Assembly: GCF_964194025.1 (NCBI RefSeq)
Contig: NC_134470.1
Coordinates: forward strand, 26,288,001-26,352,000
Direction of reading: 5' to 3'
DNA length: 64,000 nucleotides
From: Convolutriloba macropyga
Taxonomy: Eukaryota
Shown here: positions 1-10,630 of the stretch, piece after piece
How positions within the stretch are numbered: position 1 is the first letter of the stretch
How the letters are laid out: each line of letters opens with the position of its first letter
Made by a program: the position numbers and the translations under genes
Notes under the pieces: generated by a model
Told to the model about the DNA's origin: nothing
The model's input: only the letters and a program-made list of their open reading frames with translations
Databases searched by the model: none

Positions 1-289
1 GTTGGCATTTGTTTTGCCAGTTTATTTTTTGTTGCGCGTTGCGAGCGTTCCTCTCTCTCTGATTGTGCGGAAGCACCAATTATTGTTTCTTCATATATTG
101 GCTCAAGAGGAAGTTCCACTATCTCGGTTTTGGGTCCAAGTAGCGTATCGAGAATAATATTCTCTTTTGCCAACAGTGCCATTTTATATTGCACTCTCCC
201 TTTCTCCCAGCGAAGAGGAGGGTCAGGTGTAGGTTTGTCCCAGAAAGGGTCGATTCCGAGAGGTGTTCGTTTAGTTGCTGGCTGCACCA
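1..289 (-). mobile_element. Ty3/Gypsy copy A: PBS and 5' part of gag, running off the window edge
   Basis: Near-identical to 6363-6668 and to the reverse complement of 7427-7722. PBS TGGTGCAGCCAGCA at 289-276; gag N-terminus MVQPATKRTPLGIDPFWDKPTPDPPLRWEK. Confidence 0.9.
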
Positions 290-678
290 TGTCGTACTCT
301 ATTTATTTAGAGTAGCTATTTTCACTGCGAGTACGCTTAAAGTTATTTAGATAATGATTCGCGGAGCGGAATCCTGATTTGAGTTTGTATCGCTTACTTG
401 CGGAGCGGGATTTAAGAAGGGAATCGTTAAACTGAATTCGGATTGCAAAGTTAAGAGAATGAAGGTAAATGTTGCACAACAAAACGTGAAGGCGTGATCA
501 GACATGTCTGATCACAAAGCGGGAAACCAAGAAGGAAATGACAACAGATCACGAGGTATTGATTGAACAAATGATGAACACTTTACGAAGGGCAAAATAA
601 GAGAACTAAATTAAGACATCGTATTTAATATGAACTGCACTAAATAAATAACTAAGGATGATATCCTTGGTTATCACA
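290..678 (-). repeat. 389-bp LTR serving as both the 3' LTR of copy B and the 5' LTR of copy A
   Basis: TG...CA termini (TGTGATAACC...AATAAATAGAGTACGACA on the minus strand). Preceded by a PPT and followed by a PBS. About 17 substitutions versus the LTR at 6669-7057 (manual count). Confidence 0.92.
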
Positions 679-686
679 TACCCCTG
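679..686 (-). promoter_or_regulatory. Polypurine tract of copy B
   Basis: CAGGGGTA lies immediately 5' of the LTR-initial TG on the minus strand, after the integrase stop and an AT-rich 3' UTR. Confidence 0.7.
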
Positions 687-881
687 ACGTTGACAAAGAA
701 AATTGTGATTATAACAATTTTTGAATGTATAAATTAATAACAATATTTACAAATTAGTACTTGGTCCCCGGTTAAATAAATAATAAAGATATATTTACTG
801 GTTATCATAACTAAAAATAAATACTATTAAATTATGAAGTGTTTAATTGTCACAGTTTTGAATAAGTTCAGTTTCAATAGC

Positions 882-2751
882 TCATTCGTTTTTCTCGGAA
901 TTTTCTCCTTCGGCCTCAAGCACCGTCATCGACCTAACTAGCGTTGGAGTATCCTTTTCGAGGAGGGAAGGGTTTCGCGAGGCGGGTGGCGAAACTTCTC
1001 CAATACTTGGTGAGATATTTATCTCAGCAGGTTGGCTTTCTGCGATATGCTGGACTGACTCTACAATGGACTCGTGTGGAGGTTGGACATTTTCCACGTC
1101 ACCCGCTCGTCGAGGTCGTTTGGATGGTGGTAAGATTGTGGAGTCTGGGGAGGTTTTCTCAAAGCCGTAATACGAGGGACTTCGTTGATTGCGGTCCGAT
1201 GATCTCGTTGGGTGTGCCGCTGCGACAGACGTATTTGTTGGAGCAGTGGTTAGTTGTTCGCCATTCGAGATGGTGCCGGCATCTGGTTGTGGATTTCGGA
1301 TGGCGAGGAAGTTAGGGATTTTGGGGATTCGCCCTCGCGTAGCACGTGAAATATTTGATTTGGATGAGGATACTCCGCTGCCCGGGTCAAGTTTTCGGTT
1401 TTTCATCTTTTTATCCCCTTTTTGTTTTCGTGTATACTCCTTCACGAGACTTTGTATCAGTTTTTCTACAGACTTCCCACTCGATCTTGGTGCCCGGCGG
1501 TCCGCGTACGCTTTCAATGGGGTTTGACGCTCCAGTTGTTTGCCAAACTTCGCAATATCACTATTGCGTACAGTTACTATGGGTTTCCCGGGTTCCTTGA
1601 TTGATGAAGTCGCCGGACTAACCTTCAAGATATGTGAGCCCGGCGCGAGGACTTCATATAGTCCCTCCAAGTTCTTCTTTGATCGTTTCTTCCCATGGAT
1701 TTTTCGGGCTAGGTTAAGTTCTACTACTCTTTCTTTCAAAGGAATTGGGCGAAATGCTTTTGTTTTCAGAAAACGTGATTCGCCGTCTGTGCTGGCCCTT
1801 TTTCTGATTTTCGCCTCGCGCGTTGCTCGTGACATGCCAACTTTAACTTCAATGTCACTGCGGTAGCCGTTCACCCACTTGTCGTCTGGTAAGATTTCTT
1901 CCGGCATCACTGTTTCTTCATCTAAATAATAGTTTATAATATTTTCATATGTGAGACTTGATAACTTAGGTTTTGTCGATATCACGCTCAGCGGGGTATT
2001 AAGTTTTCTTCCAAAATGTGCTTCGAAGGGCGAGATCTTTGTTGTTCTTTGTTTACATATTCGCAATTGATGTATTATTATCATTAATGCATGCTTTACA
2101 TGAAAGGCGTTAGTAGACGATTTTTCTTCTTTAATACATGCGAGTCTATTCTTAATTGTTTGAATAAGTCTTTCTACCAAACCAATAGCACGATGATCGT
2201 TCACTGGAGCTTCAATTATGTCTATTATTTTTATTACAAAAGGTCTTTACTTGATTGCCAACGAGACACTTTGCTTGATCTAAACGGATAGACCGTGGAA
2301 TCCCTTGATTTTCAATATAAATGTCCAAAAATTTTATAACATTTGGTCCATTAGCTTTGTCATAAATACATGCAGTGGGGTATTTAGAAAAATGGTCAAT
2401 TGCTGCTAAGAGGTAAACTTCATTCTCCTTTTCGTCAAAAAATGGGCCGCCAAAATCAATCTGAATTTCTTGATTTGGTTCAACACACGTTGTGTGAGGA
2501 TTAAACTGTTTAGCAGGAAAAACACGTTTAAGGTTCCTACCAATCACCGTGCAGGGCTTGCACTCAGTAGCCTTAACTATCAGTTCGTGATGCATGTATG
2601 GCCACCAGCCATGCGTGACCATACATATCAAACCCCATGTGCCCGGGTGGCTGGAGTGGATGTCATCTGTCATTGCCTCTCGCAAGACGTTTGGTATGGC
2701 GATCTTTTCATCAATGCATACACACCCGGAACGTACACGGAGGTCCCTTCA
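882..2751 (-). pseudogene. Integrase of copy B (HHCC zinc domain, DDE core, long basic S/P-rich C-terminus), frameshifted near 2212
   Basis: HSSHPG...CKPC; IQIDFGGP; IRLDQAK; GLVERLI. Split between ORFs 2212..2685 and 882..2204. Confidence 0.92.
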
Positions 2752-3651
2752 ATAGGAATGTATGTAGGGATTGAGGGCTTTGAGTCTACTTTCATTGTTA
2801 GTTAAAAAGCAATCCCGGACCTCTTTCAATACTGCGTCCTTGCTAGTCAGTGATGCAATCAATGACTTATTGAAAATTTTTGATACGATTTAGTCGAATG
2901 TTGGCAGAATGAATGCGGAATGGGCGTGAGAGGGGTACTTGCGTTTGACTGACGAGTGAGACGGAGAGGTTGGAGTTGTTTGTGGGGAACTAGCTGCGCG
3001 GGTGTTGTTTGAGGATTCATGGTGTTTATATAATTGATTTCTGATGACAATTTAGATGAAATTGGATTTTTGGGCTTGAAAATACGCGACTGAATTGTAG
3101 AAGGACTAGAGGCAAAAAGCACCGATTTTATTTTTGAGTAATGACTTTTAATGACATTTGAGGAATGTCTCCTAATTGGCAGGATTTTAGATTGAATAAT
3201 TTGAGGTTCGCGCTGCGCGAGAGCTAATTCATTCCGAATTTGGAATAACTCTTTACTCTTACTGGTATTTTGCTGAGCGAGAGAAGTGCTAAACGGACTT
3301 TGCCGCGCGGGGCTACATAATTTGAATTGTTTAAATTACAATTGGTATTTGAGGCAAGCTTTCGCGGAGCGGGGAAATTGTAGTAAACATGTTTGTATAC
3401 TCGTGTTGCGGGTGTGCTAATTAAGTTTACTGCCTTATTGTTGGCTTCTATTTTAAGTGTGATTTGTAATGCGGGATCATGTGCCTCAATTTTAGGTGTG
3501 ATTTGCAATGCGGGATTATGTGCCTCAATTTTAGGTGTGATTTGCAATGCGGGTTTGAGTTGTATTAATAATTGGTGTAAATGAGTTGCAGGTTTTGTTT
3601 GATTTAATTCCAATGAATTAATGGATGTAGAGATTAATTTTAATTTTGCCA

Positions 3652-5652
3652 CTATGAATTCCTCATCATATATCGAGATTTTTTGTAGCTTTTTTGAGAC
3701 GGGTGTCTAGAAATATAATCAACTAGGCCCATTTTCGCCCCAGGGAGATGTTCAATATTGAATTGAAATGGGAGCAAACGATCGATCCAGCGGGTTAATC
3801 TACTGTTGTAAGATTTATTCGATCTATTTTCTTTCATGTTAGATAGCAGGGCACGATGATCCGTAATTACTGTAAAATTTTTTCCGTACAAATAATTTTT
3901 TAAATATTCAATTGACCAAACTACACCTAGGAGTTCAAGTTCATTAACGCTGTAGCGTTCTTCGCAAGAATTTAGGAATCTAGACGTAAATGCGATTGGT
4001 TTCCACCCAGCAACTGTCAATTGTTCAAGAGCTGCTCCGAGACCAGAACGTGACGCATCGCATTTCACGCGTGTTTCGAGTTGCGGGTTATAGTGACTAT
4101 TTGCGGTTGCGTTCGCTATGCGACTTTTTAATTCATTGAAACAGTTCTCGTGTTCCGCTGTCCAGAGAAAGTTTGACAACTTTTTCAGTAAGGGACGGAG
4201 AGGATGGCTAATTTGAGCGAGATTAGGAATGAATTTATCAATGTAATGAACTGACCCCAAAAAAGAGCGGAGTTTCTTTAGAATTTTTGGGGCGGGGAGT
4301 GATAATATTGCAGCCGTTTTGCTTTCAAGTGGTGAGATACCCAATTGCGAGATATGGTATCCTAACCAATCAACTTCTAGCTTTCCAAAATGACATTTAG
4401 GAAGATTTACCCTAAGATTTTCATCATCTAAACGTTGAAGACAATTCAGACCATAACTTTTGTGTTCTTCCAGAGATCCTTTACTAACTATCAAAATATC
4501 ATCTAAAAAACAGTATGTAACTTTTAGACCAATTAGGGTATAGTCCATAGCTTTTTGGAATTCTGGTGGCATATCTGTGAGCCCGTAAAATCCTGTTTGG
4601 AATCTGTATGTGCCGGTCATGTCACCACTAATTATGTTAAAATTACAGTGATTAGCTGTGTTAACGTCTAAATTTAATTGGCTGTATCCGTATTTTAAAT
4701 CAATCGTAGAGAAATACGATGTATTATGCGACGCGGGAGCTCTTATTTGTTGAGATATAGATTCGATTAGCGTATCGATATTTGGCATCTGATATTTGTT
4801 TTTGTGAATGGCTTTATTTAATACTTTTGAATCCAGTGCTAGCTTGATCGTTTGATCTTTCTTTACAGTGACCACGATTGGTGATATGAAATATTTATCA
4901 GGACAGCTTGAAAGTTTTATAATATGTTTTTCGTCTAGCAATTTGTTAAGTTCAATAATGACTTTTTCCTGCAAATTAATTGGAATACGTATACCTTTTT
5001 GATGTCTAGGTTGGAAATCTTTGTGAAACTTAGATTCTGCAACATGATTTTTGGATCCTCCAATACGCGAAAACAATTCAGGAAAAGTTTTTGCGATTTG
5101 TTCTTTGAATTCTGGAAATAAAATGTTGTTGACTCGATTACCTTTTTGAGATGTAGATTGAGTCACTGCTAATCCAAGTTTGTCAAACAAGTCACAGCCA
5201 ATTAGGGACTTTAGTCCGTTAGCTACAACAGTGAATATCGCTACATCACAAGTCCAACCCTTGCTCGTGATTGGTGCTTGTATCTTTCCTTCGACCTGAA
5301 TTGGTTCATTTGAGAATGTCCGGAGTTGTGGAGTCACTGTTTCGTTGATCCAGAATGCCGGAGGACTGCTCTGTACCACTTGCGATGCGAGTGATTGGTT
5401 GAGAATGCTGCTTGTGCTTCCGGAGTCCACGAGCAGTGTAGTGTTAATATTGCCAATCTTGACGGGCATATTGAGTGGTTCTGCTTTCTCTACCGCATTT
5501 TCGATCACTGCGACCGTATTGTCGTCTCCACTACTATAGTCCGATTCGTAGAGCTTGGCTGGTTGTACGAAATTAACTGAATCTTCAGGATGCGGTTCTT
5601 CTTCCACGACGCTCACCATGTTTTTCTTTGAATTTTGTGGCTTTGTATTCAC
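3652..5652 (-). pseudogene. pol of copy B: aspartic protease, reverse transcriptase, RNase H
   Basis: LLVDSGS protease motif; STIDLKY and FLDDIL RT motifs; CDASRSGLGA and TDHRAL RNase H motifs. Confidence 0.93.
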
Positions 5653-6669
5653 GTTCTGTTGTTTTCTACAAACTTTCGCAAAATGATTTAGAAGTACACA
5701 ATTGTTGCAAGTTTTGCCTTTTGCGATGCAATTTTCACGGTGACTTGGGAGCCAAATTCCTCCGCAAATTGAGCAGAAGAGTGTCGAACGGTTGTTTTGT
5801 CTCGAGACATTATTTGGATTTTGCCATTACAGGATTCAAGAATTATTAGCGAATTGGACCGCATTGACATTTGTTGTAACAACAATCTTGTTGTGTTGCT
5901 GGATTTGACATTGGTTTCGCATTCCGAGTTCCAAGTTGATTGCTAGCTCTTATGCCTGACACGGTTCAACGGTTTGTTTGAGGAGCTCCTTTTGAATTTC
6001 GGGATCCATCAGATTAGTGATAAAGACGTCACGTATCAGTGTTTCTTCCTTATTCTCGAAATCGCAGTTCTCTGCTAATTCCTTTAATTTTCCATAGAAG
6101 TGTTCGACAGTTTCCCCTCTAAGCTGCTTTGTGATCAAGAAGACGTGACGATCGAATGTTATGTTGCGAAGGCGGATGAATGCCTCCTCCACAATCTTCC
6201 AGAAGTCTATCGTGGCGAGAGTATCGATCAGGATGTGCGGATTCTTGCAGTTGAGAATGCGGCCACCTTCTATTCCGACGCATGGGTAGAGTAGGGAAAC
6301 AGATTTGCGGTCCGCCAGTGACCATGGTTTGTCGCCACACATGATACCCACTTCAATGAGCCGTTGGCATTTGTTTTGCCAGTTCATTTTTTGTTGCGCG
6401 TTGCGAGCGTTCCTCTCTCTCTCTCTCTCTCTCTCTCTGATTGTGCGGAAGCACCAGTTATTGTTTCTTTATATAATGGCTCAAGAGGAATGGCTCCACC
6501 ATCTCGGGTTTGGGTCCACGTAGCGTATCGAGAATAATATTCTTTTTGCCAACTGTGCCAATTTATATTGCACTATCCCTTTCTCCCAGCGAAGAGGAGG
6601 GTCAGGTGTAGGTTTGTCCCAGAAAGGGTCGATTCCGAGAGGTGTTCGTTTAGTTGCTGGCTGCGCCAT
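5653..6669 (-). pseudogene. gag of copy B (capsid-like region plus two Cys/His knuckles), disrupted
   Basis: QLRGETVEHFYGKLKELAENCDF capsid-like motif; CSICGGIWLPSHRENC and CNNCVLLNHFAKVC knuckles. Several stops and an (AG)13 expansion. Confidence 0.88.
6655..6668 (-). promoter_or_regulatory. Primer-binding site of copy B (tRNA-Ser-like)
   Basis: TGGCGCAGCCAGCA directly after the LTR-terminal CA, complementary to a tRNA 3' end ...UGCUGGCUGCGCCA, which resembles animal tRNA-Ser. Confidence 0.75.
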
Positions 6670-7057
6670 GTCGTACTCTATTTATTTAGAGTAGCTATTT
6701 GCACTGCGAGTACGCTTAAAGTTATTTAGATAATGATTCGCGGAGCGGAATCCTGATTTGAGTTTGTATCGCTTACTTGCGGAGCGGGATGCAAGAAGAG
6801 AATCGTTAAACTGAATTCGGAGTGCAAAGTTAAGAGAATGAAAGTAAATGTTGCACAACAAAACGTGAAGGCGTGATCAGACATGTCTGATAACGAAGCG
6901 GGAAACCAAGATTGAAATGACAACAGATCACAAGGTATTGATTGAACAAATGATGAACACTTTATGAAAGGCAAAATAAGAGAACTAAATTAGGACATCG
7001 TATTTAAAATGAACTGCACTAAATAAATTACTAAGGATGATATCCTTGGGTATCACA
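6669..7057 (-). repeat. 5' LTR of copy B (389 bp)
   Basis: TG...CA termini, AATAAA near the 3' end, matches 290-678. Confidence 0.92.
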
Positions 7058-7058
7058 A

Positions 7059-7426
7059 TGCGATACCCAAGGATATCATCCTTAGTAATTTATTTAGTGC
7101 AGTTCATATTAAATACGATGTCTTAAGTTAGTTCTCTTATTTTGCTGTTCATAAAGTGTTGATCATTTGTTCAATCAATACCTCGTGATCTGTTGTCATT
7201 TCCTTCTTGGTTTCCCGCTTCGTTCGCCTTCAAGTTTTGTGCAACATTTACTTTCATTCTCTTAACTTTGCAATCCGAATTCAGTTTAACGATTCTCTTC
7301 TTAAATCCCGCTCCGCAAGTAAGCGATACAAACTCAAATCAGAATTCCGCTCCGCCAATCGTTATCTAAATAACTTTCAGCGTACTCGCAGTGCAAATAG
7401 CTACTCTAAATAAATAGAGTACGACA
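7059..7426 (+). repeat. 5' LTR of copy C (368 bp, 21-bp internal deletion)
   Basis: TGCGATACCC...GAGTACGACA. Reverse complement of 6669-7057 except for loss of the internal palindrome near 7224. Confidence 0.92.
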
Positions 7427-7440
7427 TGGCGCAGCCAGCA
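7427..7440 (+). promoter_or_regulatory. Primer-binding site of copy C (tRNA-Ser-like)
   Basis: TGGCGCAGCCAGCA directly after the LTR. Confidence 0.75.
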
Positions 7441-10400
7441 ACTAAACGAACACCTCTCGGAATCGACACTTTCTGGGACAAACCTACACCTGACCCTCCT
7501 CTTCGCTGGGAGAAAGGGAGAGTGCAATATAAATTGGCACTGTTGGCAAAAGAGAATATTATTTTCGATACGCTACTAGGACCCAAACCCGAGATGGTGG
7601 AACTTCTTCTTGAGCCATTATATAAAGAAACAGTAATTGGTGCTTCCGCACAATCAGAGAGAGAGAGAGAGGAACGCTCGCAACGCGCAACAAAAAATGA
7701 ACTGGCAAAACAAATGCCAACGGCTCATTGAAGTGGGTATCATGTGTGGCGACAAACCGTGGTCACTGGCGGACGGCAAATCTGTTTCCCTACTCTACCC
7801 AAGCGTCGGAATAGAAGGTCGCCGCATTCTCAACTGCAAGAATCCGCACATCCTGATCGATACTCTCGCCACGGTAGACTTCTGGAAGATTGTGGAGGAA
7901 GCATTCATCCGCCTTCGCAACATAACATTCGATCGTCACGTCTTCTTGATCACAAAGCAGCTTAGAGGGGAAACTGTCGAACACTTCTATGGAAAATTAA
8001 AGGAATTAGCAGAGAACTGCGATTTCGAGAATAAGGAAGAAACACTGATACGTGACGTCTTCATCACTAATCTGATGGATCCCGAAATTCAAAAGGAGCT
8101 CCTCAAACAAACCGTCGAACCGTGTAAGGCATTAGAGCTAGCAATCAACATGGAACTCGGAATGCGAAACCAATGTCAAATCCAGCAACACAACAAGATT
8201 GTTGTTCCAACTAATGTCAATGCGGTCCAATTCGCTAATAATTCTCGAATCCTGTAATGGCAAAATCCAAATAATGTCTCGAGACAAAACAACCGTTCGA
8301 CACTCTTCTGCTCAATTTGCGGAGGAATTTGGCTCCCAAGTCACCGTAAAAATTGCATCGCAAAAGGCAAAACTTGCAACAATTGTGTACTTCTAAATCA
8401 TTTTGCGAAAGTTTGTAGAAAACAAAAGAACGTGAATAAAAAGCCACAAAATTCAAAGAAAAACATGGTGAGCGTCGTGGAAGAAGAACCGCATCCTGAA
8501 GATTCAGTTAATTTCGTACAACCAGCCAAGCTCTACGAATCGGACTACAGTAGTGGAGACGACAATACGGTCGCAGTGATCGAAAATGCGGTAGAGAAAG
8601 CAGAACCACTCAATATGCCCGTCAAGATTGGCAATATTAACACTACACTGCTCGTGGACTCCGGAAGCGCAAGCAGCATTCTCAACCAATCACTCGCATC
8701 GCAAGTGGTACAGAGCAGTCCTCCGGCATTCTGGATCAACGAAACAGTGACTCCACAACTCCGGACATTCTCAAATGAACCAATTCAGGTCGAAGGAAAG
8801 ATACAAGCACCAATCACGAGCAAGGGTTGGACTTGTGATGTAGCGATATTCACTGTTGTAGCTAACGGACTAAAGTCCCTAATTGGCTGTGACTTGTTTG
8901 ACAAACTTGGATTAGCAGTGACTCAATCTACATCTCAAAAAGGTAATCGAGTCAACAACATTTTATTTCCAGAATTCAAAGAACAAATCGCAAAAACTTT
9001 TCCTGAATTGTTTTCGCGTATTGGAAGATCCAAAAATCATGTGGCAAAATCTAAGTTTCACAAAGACTTCCAACCTAGACATCAAAAAGGTAGATGTATT
9101 TCAATTAATTTGCAGGAAAAAATCAATATTGAATTTAACAAATTGCTAGACGAAAAACATATTATAAAACTTTCAAGATGTCCTGATAAAAATTTCATAT
9201 CACCAATAGTGGTCACTGTAAAGAAAGATCAAACGATCAAGCTTGCGTTGGATTCAAAAGTATTAAATAAAGCCATTCACAAAAACAAATATCAGATGCC
9301 AAATATCGATACGCTAATCGAATCTATATCTCAACAAATAAGTGCTCCCGCGTCGCAAAATACAACGTATTTCTCTACGATTGATTTAAAATACGCATAC
9401 AGCCAATTAACTTTAGACGTTAACACAGCTAATCACTGTAATTTTAACATAATTAGTGGTGACATGACCGGCACATATAGATTCCAAACGGGATTTTGCG
9501 GGCTCACAGATATGCCACCAGAATTCCAAAAAGCTATGGACTACACCCTAATTGGTCTAAAAAATACATACTGTTTTTTAGATGATATTTTGATAGTTAG
9601 TAAAGGATCTCTGGAAGAACACAAAAGTTATGTACTGAATTGTCTTCAACGTTTAATGATGAAAATCTAAGGATAAATCTTCCTAAATGTCATTTTGGAA
9701 AGCTAGAAATTGATTGGTCAGGATACCATATCTCGCAATCGGGTATCTCGCCACTCGAAAGCAAAACAGCTGCAATATTATCACTCCCCGCCCCAAAAAC
9801 TCGGCTCTTTTTTGGGGTCAGTTCATTACTTTGGTAAATTCATTCCTAATCTCGCTCAAATAAGCCATCCTCTCCGTCCCTTATTGAAAAAGTCGTCAAA
9901 ATTTCTCTGGAAAGCGGAACACGAGAACTGTTTCAATGAAATAAAAAATCGCATAGCGAACGCAACCGCAAATAGTCACTATAACTCGCAACTCGAAACA
10001 CGCGTGAAATGCGATGCGTCACGTTCTGGTCTCGGAGCAGCTCTTGAACAATTGACAGTTGCTGGGTGGAAACCAATCGCATTTACGTCTAGATTCCTAA
10101 ATTCTTGCGAAGAATGCTACAGCGTTAATGAACTTGAACTCCTAGGTGTAGTTTGATCAATTGAATATTTTAAAAATTATTTGTAGGGAAAAAATTTTAC
10201 AGTAATTACGGATCATCGTGCCCTGCTATCTATCATGAAAGAAAATAGATCGAATAAATCTTACAACAGTAGATTAACCCGCTGGATCGATCGTTTGCTC
10301 CCATTTCAATTCAATATTGAACATCTCCCTGGGGCGAAAATGGGCCTAGTTGACTATATTTCTAGACACCCGTCTCAAAAAAGCTACAAAAAATCTCGAC

Positions 10401-10518
10401 ATATGATGAGGAATTCATAGTGGCAAAATTAAAATTAATCTCTACATCCATTAATTCATTGGAATTAAATCAAACAAAACCTGCAACTCATTTGCACCAA
10501 TTATTAATACAACTCAAA

Positions 10519-10630
10519 CCCGCATTGCAAATCACACCTAAAATTGAGGCACATAATCCCGCATTGCAAATCACACCTAAAATTGAGGCACATTATCCCG
10601 CATTACAAATCACACTTAAAATAGAAGCCA
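10519..10630 (+). repeat. Three tandem 39-bp coding repeats (PALQITPKIEAHN) in the RNase H-integrase spacer; mirrored at ~3442-3554
   Basis: cccgcattgcaaatcacacctaaaattgaggcacataat at 10519, 10558 and 10597. Confidence 0.9.

Larger units (their letters stand above)
290..7057 (-). mobile_element. Full-length but defective Ty3/Gypsy LTR retrotransposon (copy B)
   Basis: Order LTR-PBS-gag(CCHC)-PR-RT-RNaseH-IN-PPT-LTR, with IN after RT/RNaseH (Gypsy order). Multiple stops and frameshifts. Confidence 0.95.

Noticed and set aside
10371-10400. Programmed -1 frameshift at the A-runs after RNase H
   Set aside because: No canonical X XXY YYZ heptamer in the correct frame; homopolymer slippage is the simpler explanation.
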